Shown piece by piece: positions 1-16,000 of a DNA stretch of 64,000 bases; the stretch's first letter is position 1; each line of letters begins with the position of its first letter. The translations under genes and the position numbers were made by a program. Source of the stretch: Owenia fusiformis (taxonomy: Eukaryota); NCBI GenBank assembly GCA_903813345.2, contig CAIIXF020000001.1, positions 48,856,001 to 48,920,000 on the forward strand. The letters are read 5' to 3'. The notes below the pieces were generated by a model. It had not been told where the DNA came from and ran no database searches. It saw nothing but the letters and a program-made list of their open reading frames with translations.

Positions 1-3000
1 AACACCGCCTAACAATAAAGGTAATAAATAGAGAGTATAGCAGATAACATACTTGAAGATAAAACTTTCTTTGCTCACTTTGCTTTAATACACCTCAACT
101 ACAGCTAAACCTGCATATTTTAACACCATTGCAGCAAATAATAACTGTTCAAATTGTTTAACAACTTTTTATTGTTTAAACTTGTAGGTCTGTTTCTATT
201 ATAAAGTATGATTTTCATCAAATTATTCTTATTGTCAAGAAATTGGAGAAGAATGATTTAGAAAAATGGTCACAGATACACACAAAACATATGTGCATAT
301 TATCAAAATGATCAAAAGAGCTCAGCATTCAAATAACGTATAACCTCTCCACTCCTATTTTTATTGAATTGAGGCAAGTCATAAAACTCTAATTGTAAAA
401 TATGTATTCGAAATCTTCCCTGTATTTTATTTGTCCAGATCCCCTTCCCAACTTTTGAATGTACTGTCTGTTGGAGTCAAAGTAAAGCAAAACTGTAAAA
501 TGCTTGATATATGAATTTGTACATAAGAGGAGAATGTTTATTTATTTAAAGCTTTGATAATAATGACACTAGGTGATAGAAACAGAAATGATAACACATA
601 ATCATAACTTACCTTTCAGTGTGGCTTTCTTAGAGCCAATCAGTCAGACAATGAAATAAATAATCAAATGCTACTTATGTGTACTGTTACTTTAACACCC
701 TGTACTTATGACATCAATTTTCAATTACTCCATTTTACTCATGATATTTGCTTTTTCAGTTTTCACACAGCTTCAAGAAAACATGGATAAATCAATAGAA
801 TATAATCTTAATTTGGAATGTTTATTGAGGCTGGGCATCAAATTGGTTCATTAGTCATCATATTACTTTCACATAGAGGTCCAACACACACCCACATATC
901 TTATACCTATTTTCTCTTTCATCTGTATCATGCAGTTCCTGATATAATGTGGGGTGTTGTCGTTATGTTAGCACTACTTTGGTAAATTCCATTCATTAAA
1001 TCTATTATATAAATTGTTTTTATGAATACGTCATGTGAATACCCCTGCATAGGTAAGAAGAAAGTGATATTATAAGGTTCCATATGAATGACGTTAATGG
1101 TCCTTAAACATAATTACAATCCCTCTAAAATAATGATACTGTAACTGAATTTTGTGACATGTTGCACAGACAGACCCATGATCCAAATATCTTTACTTTT
1201 ATTAAACTTTACTGTTATTAAACCCAACAAACATTAAAAGCACAATGAAAAAAGAACCACAAGGACATGCCCAGATTATATATTATATTGTATGTGTAAA
1301 AATGTTTTTTACAAAAACGAACTTCCACAAAAAATCCGAAAAGTTCAAAACTGCACAACCTGCCATTTGTTACAGACACCGAACAATGATCACCAACCGC
1401 CATCTGCCGAACACCATCCACAAAAAAGTTGGCGACTATAACAATATGTCACCATTTCTGGTGGTTACATAACATTACCTGATAGCTCCATGAAATTATC
1501 ATTGCCATTGGAACTTTCCATTTTTATCACTGCAACCTAGATATCTATCTATAACTATCCATTATTGTTCTCTATATTTCCAATGTTCACAAATCTATCA
1601 AAGTCTTTGGTCCAGGCACTGTTATCTATTCCCTACTTATATGGGGTACTCTCATCTCACTTCAAACTACTTTCATCATTATCATCCTGACATTTCCTGA
1701 TTTTGTAAATAAACCACACAGGTAGTTTGTTATTGTTGTTCTAATGATACGACACTCTATGCGTTACAATGTCACTCCTTTTCGTTACAAAGTATAGCTT
1801 GGTGTTCTTGTTGATACAATTCCATATATGGACATCACTACTGTTACCTTTATTCTATAATAACAACAGCTATTGTTTTGTTCCTAATATGGCTATGTTA
1901 TCCAACAAACACAATTGCATGCTGGTATTTTAAACTGCACTTATCACAATATATATATGACAATTCCACTGGTTAGATCAGAGACATACAATATACAATG
2001 CTAATATGGTTTATTACATGTCTCTGGTTTGATCCAGTCTAGTTGTAAAGGATGTTGCTCCAAGCCTCTGATATATGACTATGCAAAGTGAGGTATTAAT
2101 GCTACCTTATAGTTGTTTCGCTTCTATTATTCAAATTAATTAATTAGATACAGTATTCCTTTACAAGTGTGGTTAAATGTGGTAACACACTGGATTTCCT
2201 TAAAGCCTAGTAGCATGTCAATGACAAAGTGTACAAATAGAATGATAAACTGTCCAGGATACGAAAAACAAGATATTAACATGACAAAATGTCACCATCT
2301 GATTGCAATTACACAACTGTAACCATATGTTACAGATGCTGACGCTGACACCAAACTCCAATACAACTCACAAAACATTGTGAATTTTGATATGACCACC
2401 ACCATGGGCTTTCAATTGACATTTTGCAATCAGAATTCAGGTATTTTGTTTATGGTTACTGTTGTCATGTATTTCGTCTTATTGGTGTGACGTCATATAC
2501 ATTAACCATCTCTGACAAAAACCTATCAGAAAGCCCCACAAAACCTAGTCTTGCTTCAAGACCCTGGACCCCCCCCCCCCCCGCACCCAACCCACCCCTT
2601 TATCTACTTCATCAACAGATGTTGAAGTTGTCTTGAGGCAAGACTACACAAAACCAAGTATCATGGCTGAAAAACAACAGGTTCTGATTGCCTGCTGATC
2701 ATAGTCATTTCAGAAGTTCACATTTCCATACTCTGAATTTAATTTGCAATCTGCCCTTTCAATTCAGGTCTTCCATGACATTTGCTTTTGCAAGCTGTTC
2801 CAGTTGCACATTTAGAAAAATTTGCATCTGAATTATCAAGGTCACATGTAATCTCAATGATCTGCATACAATTTAATTTATGTTCTGCTTTGATTTGAAA
2901 TCAATAAAAACAAACTTCAGATATAAATGATATCTCTGATTCATGCTTTCAATGATTCCAAAGTCGACTTTTAGATTGTATAAACAGTATATACTGCAAA

Positions 3001-4029
3001 GGTGCATGTACACTGTACATAAATATATATAGAGGATATATATCCCCTCTAAGGGAGATATGCTTGGGAGATATCAATACATTCTCTCTGGATGAAAACA
3101 AATTTAATGAATTCATCATACACTAATAAACATAAGGGCCAAACCAGACTTTCATCCATATAAAAACCATAAATGAAACCAACATTGTTATCCTGGCTCC
3201 AATTATCAACAGTCCATAAAGGGATGCAGGTTTAATAACAATTGTGTTCATAATTCATGCAATTCTAATCACATCTTTTCATATTTATTGCCCCTGTGTA
3301 GAGGTGATAACAGAGGCTACAGAGATTCATTGGAAACGGCATCCATTTTTTCCTAATTACTGCTTTGAAGCGATAAGTTAATATTATTTCCCCTTGATAA
3401 GAGAAATCAGTTAGCAGGTGAAGGTTTTGACATTGAAAATGTCACAGCTAGGGGGTGTAGGTCTATTTCTCAGTATTTGCTGTCTATCCTGATTTACCAG
3501 AGACTCTCTTCATATTATTTTTATCAGATCAACTACTCTCTTCATTAAATACATATAGGATGGGAAAAACGTAATGGTTGCTGTCAGTTCTTCAGCTATT
3601 TCAATAATAAAGTTTTTCCTCTTGAAAGCTTATTTTTCATTGGACCAAATTACTCTTTTATTACAAAGGTATCACATAATTTACATCTAGTTTAACAGGC
3701 AAAATCAATTAGTGAAGCAGCATTGGTCATTATGCTATTATACATTAAAGTTATCTTTGATAGAGGAAAGAGTGATGGGAGTATTCAAAATTAAATTGAA
3801 ATAAATATTACAATAGCTAAAAAGAAAAAGGGGAATATCAAAGTTGGGGAAAGTAAATATATTAAAAGATTGTCCATCACAATCATAAACATTCAAAACT
3901 ACAGATGATTGGTATTTGTATATGTAGTCTATGAAAATATGCACAAATGTACATAAGAATAGGATGATAAAATTCTGACAAGCCCAGGATAAGCATTTTT
4001 TCCATTCACTATTACAAAGATTCACTTAC

Positions 4030-7000
4030 CAACTGCATCAAGATCTAGATGACCATGGTACACAGTATCCGAATCAGTGGTTCCAAGGCCCCCTGTAACA
4101 GTCAAAACACAATATTTAGCCTATATGATTGACTGTCTCATTGTCTCATACATAAGTCTGAAGACAAGCCTCGACACTTTATATTCTTAAGACTTTACAC
4201 TTACAAGGGTTAACTTAACCTCATACTATCAAAGATCAAACACTTTAACATTTAAGAAGTGCACTTCAATTTAAAATATTCTGTGTTTTGAAATGGTTGA
4301 AAGGTTAAAAGTTGAAAAATCTTCCAATTTTTTTAAAGCAGTTACTTAACATGGAATACAATAGGCAATAAACAACTTTCAAGAGCAAATATCTAACATT
4401 ATTTAATGATAATTTTGGGATGTGTTCTTATTTGAAAACTCTATGAAATATATAATTGTGCCCTTATTTATTAAAGGTAACGACAATTGATCAAGGTTTT
4501 GTACTAGAGTGTAAATTAAGTTCTTTATGTGCATGTACACTTGAAAAATGTTTAACTTGCTTTCATACAAGTAAATAAACAACATATTTTTACTTAGGGT
4601 TAGAACTTACAATGCTAACTATCAGTTTAAAAACAAAAATAAGAAACCATAATGAATTCTATGCAAATCTTTTATGATTAAGTTTTTTATCACAGGAAAT
4701 GCAAAAGTAATGATTGCACTATTTTTGGGTGTATGACATTTCAATCGATTTTATATAATTTCAGTAGACATTAAATAATACACCCATGTTGATGGTCTCT
4801 CCAGCATTGCCCTGCATTCACTTATGATTTTGGAAACAGAAATCATGTAAATTGGCAGATTAGGCAGAATTAAACCCTGCGTGGAATTATGAAAATTGGC
4901 AGATTAGGCAGAATTGAACCCTGCATGGAATTATGAAAATTAGTATTTTCCTTCCAGAGAGAAAAATCCCATGGAGCACACTGCATGGTTGGTGTGTTAT
5001 TTGTCTAGTTATTCTGGAGCTCCTAGTACTATACAAGTAACCAAGTGACAATTAGTTCATAAATATATGACTATGAGACCCTGGTTTTCTCTTTTATTCC
5101 CAATACCAAATATCCTGAAAAACATATGAAAATGATTGAATTTGGTGAAAATGTAATTAAATCTATTAGGCGTATTGGAGAATTCTTGACTCATGTCAAG
5201 TTGTAAAATAATGGTCTACTGTTGCACTAAGGTATATATTTTTAAGAGAACTTTTAGGTGAACATATAGAATTTTGGTCCTCTACAGATTGGTTGTCCCT
5301 TCCTAGTATTTACTTGCCCAAATGAGTAAAGGTATAATGGAAGTACTGTAGTTGTAAATTGCCCTTGAAAAACTTACCCTGCACACAGAGTCTAGTTAAA
5401 TACAAAATTGTATTTTAAGAAGTGAAGTCAAACAAGTGCAAAAAACAAATTGAGAGGGGGACAGGGGAAGGGGGGTCATAACATAAACATTCACAAACAA
5501 ATTCTTGTGGGGTTTGACCTCCCTATTAATAAACCTTATATTAAACTGTGTTATTTTTTAAATTAATGTGTATTTCTAATAAATTGCACTAACTTGAACT
5601 TTTCAATTCATGTGTTACACCCCCTCTTATAGCTATCTAATGTCTCAAGTATACACCCCCCCGTGTTTAGAATGTCACCATATATATTCCATATTAAATA
5701 TCTCTATATGAACAGATAGATTATAATCTGGTATTTGGATATAATATATAGGCCCATTGCTGTTTTGCATTCCATTTCAATCTCATTACACATATCATAT
5801 TGAACACTGCAATTCGAAACATTGATGACTGTATTATCACATACATGGGTGTCTATATGAATTCTTCATTAAATATCTTTATTAAGTGTTAAAGCAAAGA
5901 CTGCTAAGGCCAATCTTGATTAAGCATTCAATCATTGAGCTCATATACTTAAGAGAGATACTATACCTTTCATCTTTTTCTCAAGGTAATTATAAATTAG
6001 ACAAATTAATACATGTATAAGTTTTCATCATGTACTTTATTTGAAACTGAATTTAAAATGAAAAACATTGTGATATTTTAAGATTTTTTTTTTTCATATT
6101 TAACTCCAAGATTCATCATGTTTGATTTAGTGGTACTTTAGAATTGTAAACTTTAGCAAACTAAAAAACATGCAGATAATTGACTTCAGTAGAAAAGGGA
6201 AAGTTAATTCTTGGTTTTCTGAAATATAAGGTTTTCTGAACGACTTCAAATCAAACAAGAGAGTATTTGAACCTGGTGAACATGTACAAGTAAGGTACTG
6301 TCTTATATGCTTCACTAAATCCAACACATATTAAATTATGTCTAATTTAATGGGTGGTTGGTAAAAGGCTGTATCATTAACTCTAACAAAAAGTGTGTTT
6401 GTTTTCCATGTACCATTTTCTAGAAATTGTTCAAGGATTGATGGTCAATGATTCATCAAAATTAAGAAAATGTTTAGAACGAAGTGTCAGTTTTGAAAAC
6501 TTTTTTTTATAAATCTGATCATCTTTAAGTACAGTAAAACCTGTAAAGTGGAACACCTCTTTAGTGGAACACTTTTTGGAGGTACCAAATGTGTTCCAAT
6601 TATATAGGTTTTATTGAATACTAACTTCTAATAATATAGCCAGAGAAATTAAAATAAGACCAATTTTTGTTACCTTTTTCCATAAGCCTGCTCAATATCG
6701 TTTCTTGAAACGTATTGGAATGTCTTTTAGTACTCATGTCTCATATGTTTATGAACTCACATAAATTAATTGATAAACTGTTTTCCTCTTTCTGATTAAA
6801 AAGCAATGCTTAACTTGTACAATTTCATCTGTATGCAAAAACAAAATACTTTGATATGCAAATTCTACTTTGCAATAAAAATGAAATTCACGAACCTTTG
6901 GACCAATTTTATATTTATCATTGGAGCAATGTAACCTATGGATGTAAAAATAACCAGAACTGAATTTAATTATTTTGCAAGTAGAAGTGGAAAATTTTAC

Positions 7001-10000
7001 ATTAATAGTCCCGTATACAAGCCTGGAAGAGTGCTCAGATATGAGCTTATTTATAAGGCACTTAATGATTTTCAGGCTTGTATGCGGGACTATAAGTAAA
7101 ATAAAAAGAGATTGGATCCGATGATATACTAGTATAAAAGAGATTGGATCCAATGATATAGTATAAAAGAGATTGGATCTAATGATATCGTATATTTAGG
7201 TTAATAGCCCCTTCAAATGTTAACAGAATATCCTAAATATACATATTGTTATATATTATAAATGTGCTGTACTTTCAAGTTTGAGTACAGAAACCTCCTT
7301 TTACCACATTTCATGGACAGATTGTAAGAAACCATTATTGCAAGAAGCTATTCTTAGACCCTATCAGTATAAGAATTAGTACAGAATATTAGTGTCTATT
7401 CTTCATGCATTATATCACTGTTATTAGTAGAGCATTAAAATAATCTAGATAAAATACCTGTGAACTCACTAACATTCAAGTGTTCAGTGTAAACCTTATA
7501 AAACAAAGCAAAATTTATATATGCAAGTTTACTATGTTTTCTCAAGCACAGAAGCAACAAAGATATACAAGGCATTAACATGTGAACTGTCATCACCTGC
7601 CATTTGTGACAGACATTAACTGCCAAACACCAAACACTAACCACCGAATGCCGAACACCATCCACAAAAAGTCAGAGATTATAATAATATGTCACATAAA
7701 AACTTAATCATGAAAAAAGTGTCAAAACATACAACTTGCATATTTATGATTATGAACTTATTAGAAAGGACATTGGAAAAACAGTTGTGTAATTCACTCT
7801 ATCGTCATACAGTAAACATTAAAACCTCTCATCTCTCCCACATTTGGATTCTGAATTTTTTTATTCATCATTCTTAGTCTTGATCAAGATACTTTATTGA
7901 GGAAATTTATTCTCGCATCTTGAAAGTCCTATTCTTTCTCTGTGATCTTATAACAATAGAAAGATTTGTCCAGATATGAACCACCCTTAAACTTATTTGT
8001 CATCAAATACATATACCAGTATACCAATATATTTAAAGAAAATCCGAAATCTCCTAGTTTCAAATGTTCTAGTTTTATTATATTTCATAGATCCTAAGAA
8101 CTCATGTCAGTGAGAATTACAAACGCATACAAGATATAAAACTAGGCTAATAAAAGCTAATAATTAGGCTAATAATATTCATAAGCTCCATGAATTTAAT
8201 AAAATGTACTAGTCTTCTAAAAGCAAAACTCTTGCCTAGAAATAAAATCACATGCGATCCAAACACATGCAGGCATTGACATTGGCATGGGATTGAAAAC
8301 TTACCATTATTTAAGACTTCGCCTCCTGGCACTGATGAAAATGGTGTTCTGCGTAATCTAGGGGTATCTTTTCTAGGAACCTGAGGTACAGGTGGAATGT
8401 CGAATGGCTAAAAATGAAACATGTAATTAATATCTCGTAACCCTCTGAAACAATAACTTGCAGCAATCTCTGATCTTATGCTATATGGATAGAATTGAAA
8501 ATAGGATTAACTTTTCAAATCTCTCATTGCGAGAGTGCCATAAAATGAAATTCCTTGAGGGTTGATCAAAAATAAATCTCAATGGCACATTCTTGAGAAT
8601 TAGGGGATGCATTAAATTACACCTCAGTGTTACAGAAGCTAGACATGTTATCAAAGAGTAATGAGAAAATTACAATGCAATTAAGATTACCATAACATCC
8701 AGATCTGACACCCAAAGCTCAGAAAACTGGCAGGAGGAGCACAAATATTACATGAAATATACTTAAAGTGGTCAAAATATGGTTTTAATATTTAGGCCAA
8801 TGGACTTCTTTGTTTCCTGTTGCATCTTTTTTTTAAAATAAGTCAGATATTTTGAAAAATGAATTGTGGAGGGTCTCAACCCATGGTTTTTCAGAGAAAA
8901 AAATGTATAGTTTTATTATCATGGGGATCTCGATCAATTGGATGAAAAGTATTATTTTGATGAGACATATTGAATTTATGCCTTATGGTGAGAAAATACT
9001 CATGGTCCAAGATATGACTGTCTAAAATCATTTACCATCATATATGGTCTTTTTCTTTGAAAAATGGGTCAATTTACTCAGAACAAATAAAAGTAACCAA
9101 AGGTCTCAATGCCTGATGATTAAAAAAATCTATTGACTCTCTGTAAACAATAAAGATTCCCTTCATTTTTGGATGGAAGATGCATGCACTCTATTGTTGG
9201 CTATTTGATGCCCTCCCTTGTTGTTTGATAGTTTGAATTATTTTGCCTCTTATTTTCTATTCCTTTCTTAGCCTCACCTTGCCATTTTGGTGTGCTGTGA
9301 TAGCAGCAGCACATTGCTCATTGTTGCTTTGGTGTGCTAAGTCGAGAGCTGTAGCACCATTGTTGTCTTGTATCTGAGCATCACAACCACGCTGCATCAA
9401 CACTCTTACACACTGGAAAAATATACACAAGTATTCAAATATGTATCGAAAAGCTAGTTAGGTCGCAAAACCCAAGAAATATAAAAACATGAAGTTAACT
9501 GTCCCTTAAAAGAATCCCAGAATGCAATATATCTTCCCATTCTGAAAACTAATTTGGATACAACCTAAAATGATTTAAGATAACTTGGTGAAATGCTTTT
9601 TTCAAAAATTAATGGTCTAGCTTTAAGATATACCCAGTTTATAGAATCAGTAATATGCAGAGAGCATGCACTCTTTTTTATTAATAGTTAATATTTATTT
9701 TTCAATCAGTAATTATTGTACAAAACAGCTTGCCAATCGCCGGTTTGGGCATTACAGGCTAAGCTATAATAGAGCATGCACTAGCAAAAGTTCTCACACA
9801 TTTCCCACCTCAAGGAAGTCATTACTAGTGTTGTCGCGATTAATCGATACATCGCGATATACATCGCCAAAGCTGATTCTGGCGATGCATCGATGTCTGA
9901 AACAAAACATCGATGTTTTAAAAAAAAATTAATTTGCTAAATATCACCCTTTCTTATCTTATTTTGACGCAAATCGCTTCCCTTTCTCATGTCTTATTTC

Positions 10001-13000
10001 ATTTTCCAATGTTTTCTGATATTTTTTTCGCTTTAAACTGTTTTAGCTAGTCGAAATGAACCATTAATCTATAAAAAATTTACTTAACTTTCATTTCACC
10101 GTTACTAGAAGTTCCCAGATGTACATCGCGATGTGCATCGATGTTTACTACTGAAAATTGCCGATGCATCGATGTATGATTATGGCACATCGCGACAACA
10201 CTAGTCATTACCTCAAATATTGTTTCTCTGAACTTAAGCTTAGTTCTGAGAGAAGGTCCCTCCATGATACAGTTGACCCCAACCATGTTAAATGAAGTAA
10301 GCTCCAACTATCTTAATATTATACAACCATGTACATGTAGTTAATCCAATCAAGTCATTATACAACCATGTTAATATGTTAATTAATTCCTATGTCCACT
10401 TTTATTGAACTTTTGGGAAATGCACTCTGATCATAAATTCTCATTTAGTTTAACCCATTTTAGGTTTTACTTAATGACCATCAATGTATAATCCACATAA
10501 TCTTTTCAACCAGAATTTTTATGTATAAAATTTTATTATTTTGTCTCACTAAAAGTAATCAGATTTCAACACCAGTATTTTTCCTTCAATGTGTGTACTG
10601 TTCATTATCAAATCGTTTTAGTTGTAATTTTAATTTTAACATTTCAAAGAAGTGTAATGAGGAGCTATTAAACAATCACAATTATAGTTTATTATGATAT
10701 GTTCTACATGCATTTAGTGTCAACTTTATTGGGTGTTCGCTCAATTTATGAAATATATACATACAAGACATACAAACAAGACATTAACATGCAAAATGTC
10801 AACACCTGCCATTTTTTACAGATGCTGAACACCAACTAGGGAATGCCAACTGCCAACAACCGAATGCTGAACACCAACCACTGAACACCATCCATAAAAA
10901 ATTGGAGACAATAACAATATGTCTCCAGTGGTGACATAAAATGCAACTGAGATGAAAACAAAGTGTGGAAATATTGGTAACTTCAGAAACTAGCATTCAA
11001 TTTGAATTGCAATCTACCTGTATGTCCCTTAGATGCATCTCTTCAAAGTAAAATAACAAATGGAATTTGAGAAAAAATATCTTTCAATTGAGACATTAAT
11101 TTAGCTGAGTTAGGAAACTTAACACTTTCAATAAGTTGATCACTATGTGATTATTCTCACCTCAGTTTGCCCATTCTCTGCTGCATCATGAAGCGGACTG
11201 CCACCTATATTGTCTAGCATGACCCTCGACCCATGCTTCATCAGCCAATCAACAATGTCAGGGTACCCTCTACTGGCAGCAAAATGCAGAGGGGTGACAC
11301 CATCAAAATCGCGGTCATTGGCATCACATCCCTGGTCCTCGACCTGGAGGAAAAGTAATAAGATCAATTATTTGACTTATCATCATTATCTCACATATAC
11401 ACATGTGTATGTTTAAATCTTAAATGATAATAAAAAGTATACCAGACTTGCGAAATATCGAATCTTTGAGAAAGAACATAGGAATTATAATTCCTAATAT
11501 TTCAGATTATCCATAAAACATAATGTTGTAAAGAATGTAATACTAAACTAAACCCCAACAACAAATAATCCATCCTATTTCAAAGGTCAATCACTTTTTG
11601 ATGTAAGATATACCAAGTTTGTACCTTATTTTCAATAGTAAACTTAGAATGAAGAAGACCTACCAAATACTTCACACAATCCAATTGACCACTCTGAGCT
11701 GCAGCATGAACGCAAGACATTCCATCAAACGATCGGATTTTGGGAGATCCTCGTGCGTTCTCAGTCAAATAATGTAATACTTCTAGGTTGCCTTCTTGCG
11801 ATGCTAAATACACCGGGGTTGCACCATTGCTCATTTGCATATTCACAGATCTGTAAATATAAAAATCCTGCTGAAAATGTGCTCAAAATGACACAATACG
11901 GCAGAAAATATCTATTTTTCAATAATCTTTTATTTCCAAACAAATCTTTAATAATCCTATAACCGATGCCATAAACTTTATTGATAATTAATCCATAGTT
12001 CTATCATTGCATCCTTTGACCTATATATTCAAAAAATCTTGAAAACAGCATAATCAGTGACTTATAAACATTAACTGTAAAATAAACCAAAGAATCTACT
12101 TCTAAACAATTTTATGTAGCTAAGGTGACAAAGGTCCTCTCCTGACTTTCACATCAATACCAAATGTCAATTACCTACTGGGGGCTATTTCTCAGGTATG
12201 TCAAAATTTGGAATATGTCATTATCATATTTTTAAATTTCACCTATGGGGAATGGTAAATATTTTCAAATTCTTTAAATGCTCTGTATAACATCATGTTT
12301 GGAGGTTCAATGTACGTCGTATATTACTTTTTAAATGAATTTTAATTTAACGAGTTTTAACAATTAGTATGAGAGATTTAATTAAGTCATGGGAAAACTT
12401 CTGTGTATGCTTATAGCTTGACTTCATTATCATTTATTACTATCTATCAAACAACATATTGTTCAGTAATTACATGTACTATATGTATGTCACAATTATT
12501 TCAGAAAAAGCAGAATGACATAAAAGCATAAAATATGACGTAAAATGATCCATTTTAAGGTTTTGATGATTTTAGATTTTGACTGACTTTGATTTTTACC
12601 ATAAAAAATAATATTTCTATCAAAATTAATCCTGCATGTGGCTTCTGTTCTATTTAATCAGAACTAAGTATTTTGTCTTAAACAATAGAAATCCACAGGG
12701 GGGATCAAGGATTAAACTTGGGTTTATATATTTTTGTCATTTACAAGAATTGACATCCTGAAATATGAAATACCGGCTTCTAACAAATCAAATCAACCAA
12801 CATATGAATCTGCAATTAGTTTGTGCTTTAAAATAATAAATGTACTCAAGCGCCATCTTTAATAGATTGAAGAAAGCAGATTCACATAAATATAACATAT
12901 ATGGATGGGCTTTTCATTACTGCGAGCTAATAGCCATATATCTTTCCAGGATGACTCAAAACAGGCATAGCTAGATCACTTTTATAGTTGAATTAAAATC

Positions 13001-16000
13001 TGAAGATCAACGCTTTCTTTTAACAATAAATAGCGTAAAGTAATTCCATAATATTCGCTTGAAATTGATTTATATCGAGCAAAGGCCTCACCACTTACCC
13101 CCTTCTCGTATACCTTAATTACTTAGAAATGTTTATTGAAAATCAATATGCTGAAATATACCCTTAATAGGTCACTTTAACTTTTAAGTAAAATACAGAA
13201 AATCTGTATATCAATTGAGATCATTGAAATTGATGCTATGATATTGGTAGTCTTCAAGAAGAAAATTACATGTCACCCTATTGAAAAATTTTTTTTAACC
13301 CTGATGTGTACAAAACGATCAATTTTTAGATATCTTGATCGAAATGGGTAAAATAAGGCTTTAACACACTGGGTATCATTTGGGCCGTTCGGAATTCAAG
13401 AAATAACATCGTGAAAAAATTACATTATATTAGTTAAATACTTAGCAGCACATGGCCTTATCAAAATGACTCATACATGTATATGTTCTCTGTTTCCTTT
13501 AATAATTTAGAGGACTCGACTGTGCTAATTGGTAATCTATTATCGGTTAAGTACCCATTAATATAATTGCATAGTTAAGTACAGGGTGACCCATTGAATA
13601 CAAATCCTCTAATGTGATAATAACTTTGTCTGTTTTAGTGGAATCTTCATGAATTTTCTTCGGTGTTCTACGGTGCAAACAAGCACTTATATTTTGCATC
13701 TACAACATCTTATTTTCTGTCGAGGAGGTATCCCCAATGCCATATTCTTCTAAAATGCAACATAGAAATCTAAAATCTATTCGCTACCCCTATTGATAAA
13801 ACTGTCTCAGGAAAATATGTATAATATGACTTATCATGGATAATACCCATACAATAAAACTAAGTGGAACACTCTTGGTACCTCTAAAATGCTATTGCTA
13901 TTGAAATAGTGTGTCCTTTGTTCAATCCTTGCATTGGTGTTAAAAAGATAATGTAAATTGGAATATTTGATGATTAAAAGATTTCAACGAGAAAGGAAAA
14001 CCTGACAACTTTTTTTAATATATACCACTACCAGCACAATAATCCAGTACTAGCAATATGAGTTATACACAAAATTACAAACTTGTATTTCATTTCATAT
14101 TGCACAATATACACTGACATAAGTGTGTAACATACCGCAGACTGAAATTAATTGAACATGAGTTGCTGCTATTTATATCTTGTATCATATGTATATTGTA
14201 TATTGTATATATATGTTTATTGAATTGGCATGGCAGAGAGGCTAATACAGTATATGTATTTTACTTATATAATAGCTAAAGCATCTACATTGCTAACATA
14301 TTATGTATTCAAAATCATAAATCAAAAAAATAACAAGGCACAGACGTGAACAATATCGTACCTAAAACACAGCATTGTGGTCTTGTTGACCAAGAAAGCA
14401 AGATGGCCGCAGAAAAGTTAATCAGCTCTAGAACTTATCACTGTGTAACATATGTAAAAATTTGAACGGTTTGGCTGGAAACCTGTAGACAAGTCTTGAA
14501 AGTGAAGATTTTAGGACGGAAAATCCAAAATGGCCACCTTAAAATTTACCCAGAATGCCCAAAAACCAATCAGTTCTTGACGTTGATATGTAGAAACATC
14601 CCTGAAAATTTCAGATGAATCCCTCAAATGGTTTGGCTGAAAATCTGTAGACAAGTCTTGAAAGTGAAGATTTTAGGACAGTAAATCCAAAATGGCCACC
14701 TTAAAATTTAACCAGAATGCCCAAAAACTAATCAGTTCTTGACGTTGATATGTAGAAACATCCCTGAAAATTTCAGATGAATCCCTCAAAAGGTTTGGCT
14801 GGAAACCTGTAGACAAGTCTTGAAAGTAAAGATTTTAGGACGGAAAATCCAAAATGGCCACCTTAAATTTACCCAGAATGCCCAAAAACTAATCAGTTCT
14901 TGACGTCGATATGTAGAAACATCCCTGAAAATTTCAGATGAATCCCTCAAATGGTTTTGCTGAAAACCTGTTGAAAGTGAAGATTTTAGGACGGAAAATC
15001 CAAAATGTTTACCTTAAAATTTACCCAGAATGTCCAAAAACTAATCAGTTCTTGACGTTGATATGTAGAAACATCCCTGAAAATTTCAGATGAATCCCTC
15101 AAATGGTTTGGCTGGAAACCTGTAGACAAGTCTTGAAAGTGAAGATTTTAGGACGGAAAATCCAAAATGGCCACCTTAAGATTTACCCAGAATGCCCAAA
15201 AACTAATCAGTTCTTGACGTTGATATGTAGAAACATCCCTGAAAATTTCAAATGAATCCCTCAAATGGTTTGGCTGGAAACCTGTAGACAAGTCTTGAAA
15301 GTAAAGATTTTAGGACGGAAAATCCAAAATGGCCACCTTAAAATTTACCCAGAATGCCCAAAAACTAATCAGTTCTTGACGTTGATATGTAGAAACATCC
15401 CTGAAAATTTCAGATGAATCCCTCATATGGTTTGGCTGAAAACCTGTAGACAATTGTCTTGAAAGTGAAGATTTTAGGACGGAAAATCCAAAATGGCCAC
15501 CTTAAAATTTACCCAGAATGCCCAAAAACTAATCAGTTCTTGATGTTGATATGTAGAAACATCCCTGAAAATTTCAGATGAATCCCTCAAATGGTTTGGC
15601 TGGAAACCTGTAGACAAGTCTTGAAAGTGAAGATTTTAGGACGGAAAATCCAAAATGACCACCTTAAAATTTAACCAGAATGCCCAAAAACTAATCAATT
15701 CTTGATGTTGATATGTAGAAACATCCCTGAAAATTTCAGATGAATCCCTCAAATGGTTTGGCTGGAAACCTGTAGACAAGCTGAAAAGTGAGACGCCGCC
15801 CGCCCGCTCCCCGCCGCCCGCCCGTCAAGCTGACTACAATATCGTACCTTTTGTTAGGTACGATAAATCGTACCTTTTGTTAGGTACGATAAAAATTGGT
15901 TGTGTCTGTTGATTCATTTGTCCAGTAAGGCGACTATATATTCAGCAAATAATGATATATGAGACCAAATTTTGATAGTACAGTAATAGCTGTGAACTAG

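Noticed and set aside
14468..15780. Regularly spaced repeats considered as a CRISPR-like array (also 29100-30900)
   Set aside because: Units are head-to-tail and near-identical with no unique spacers or cas genes; they are eukaryotic TE core repeats.
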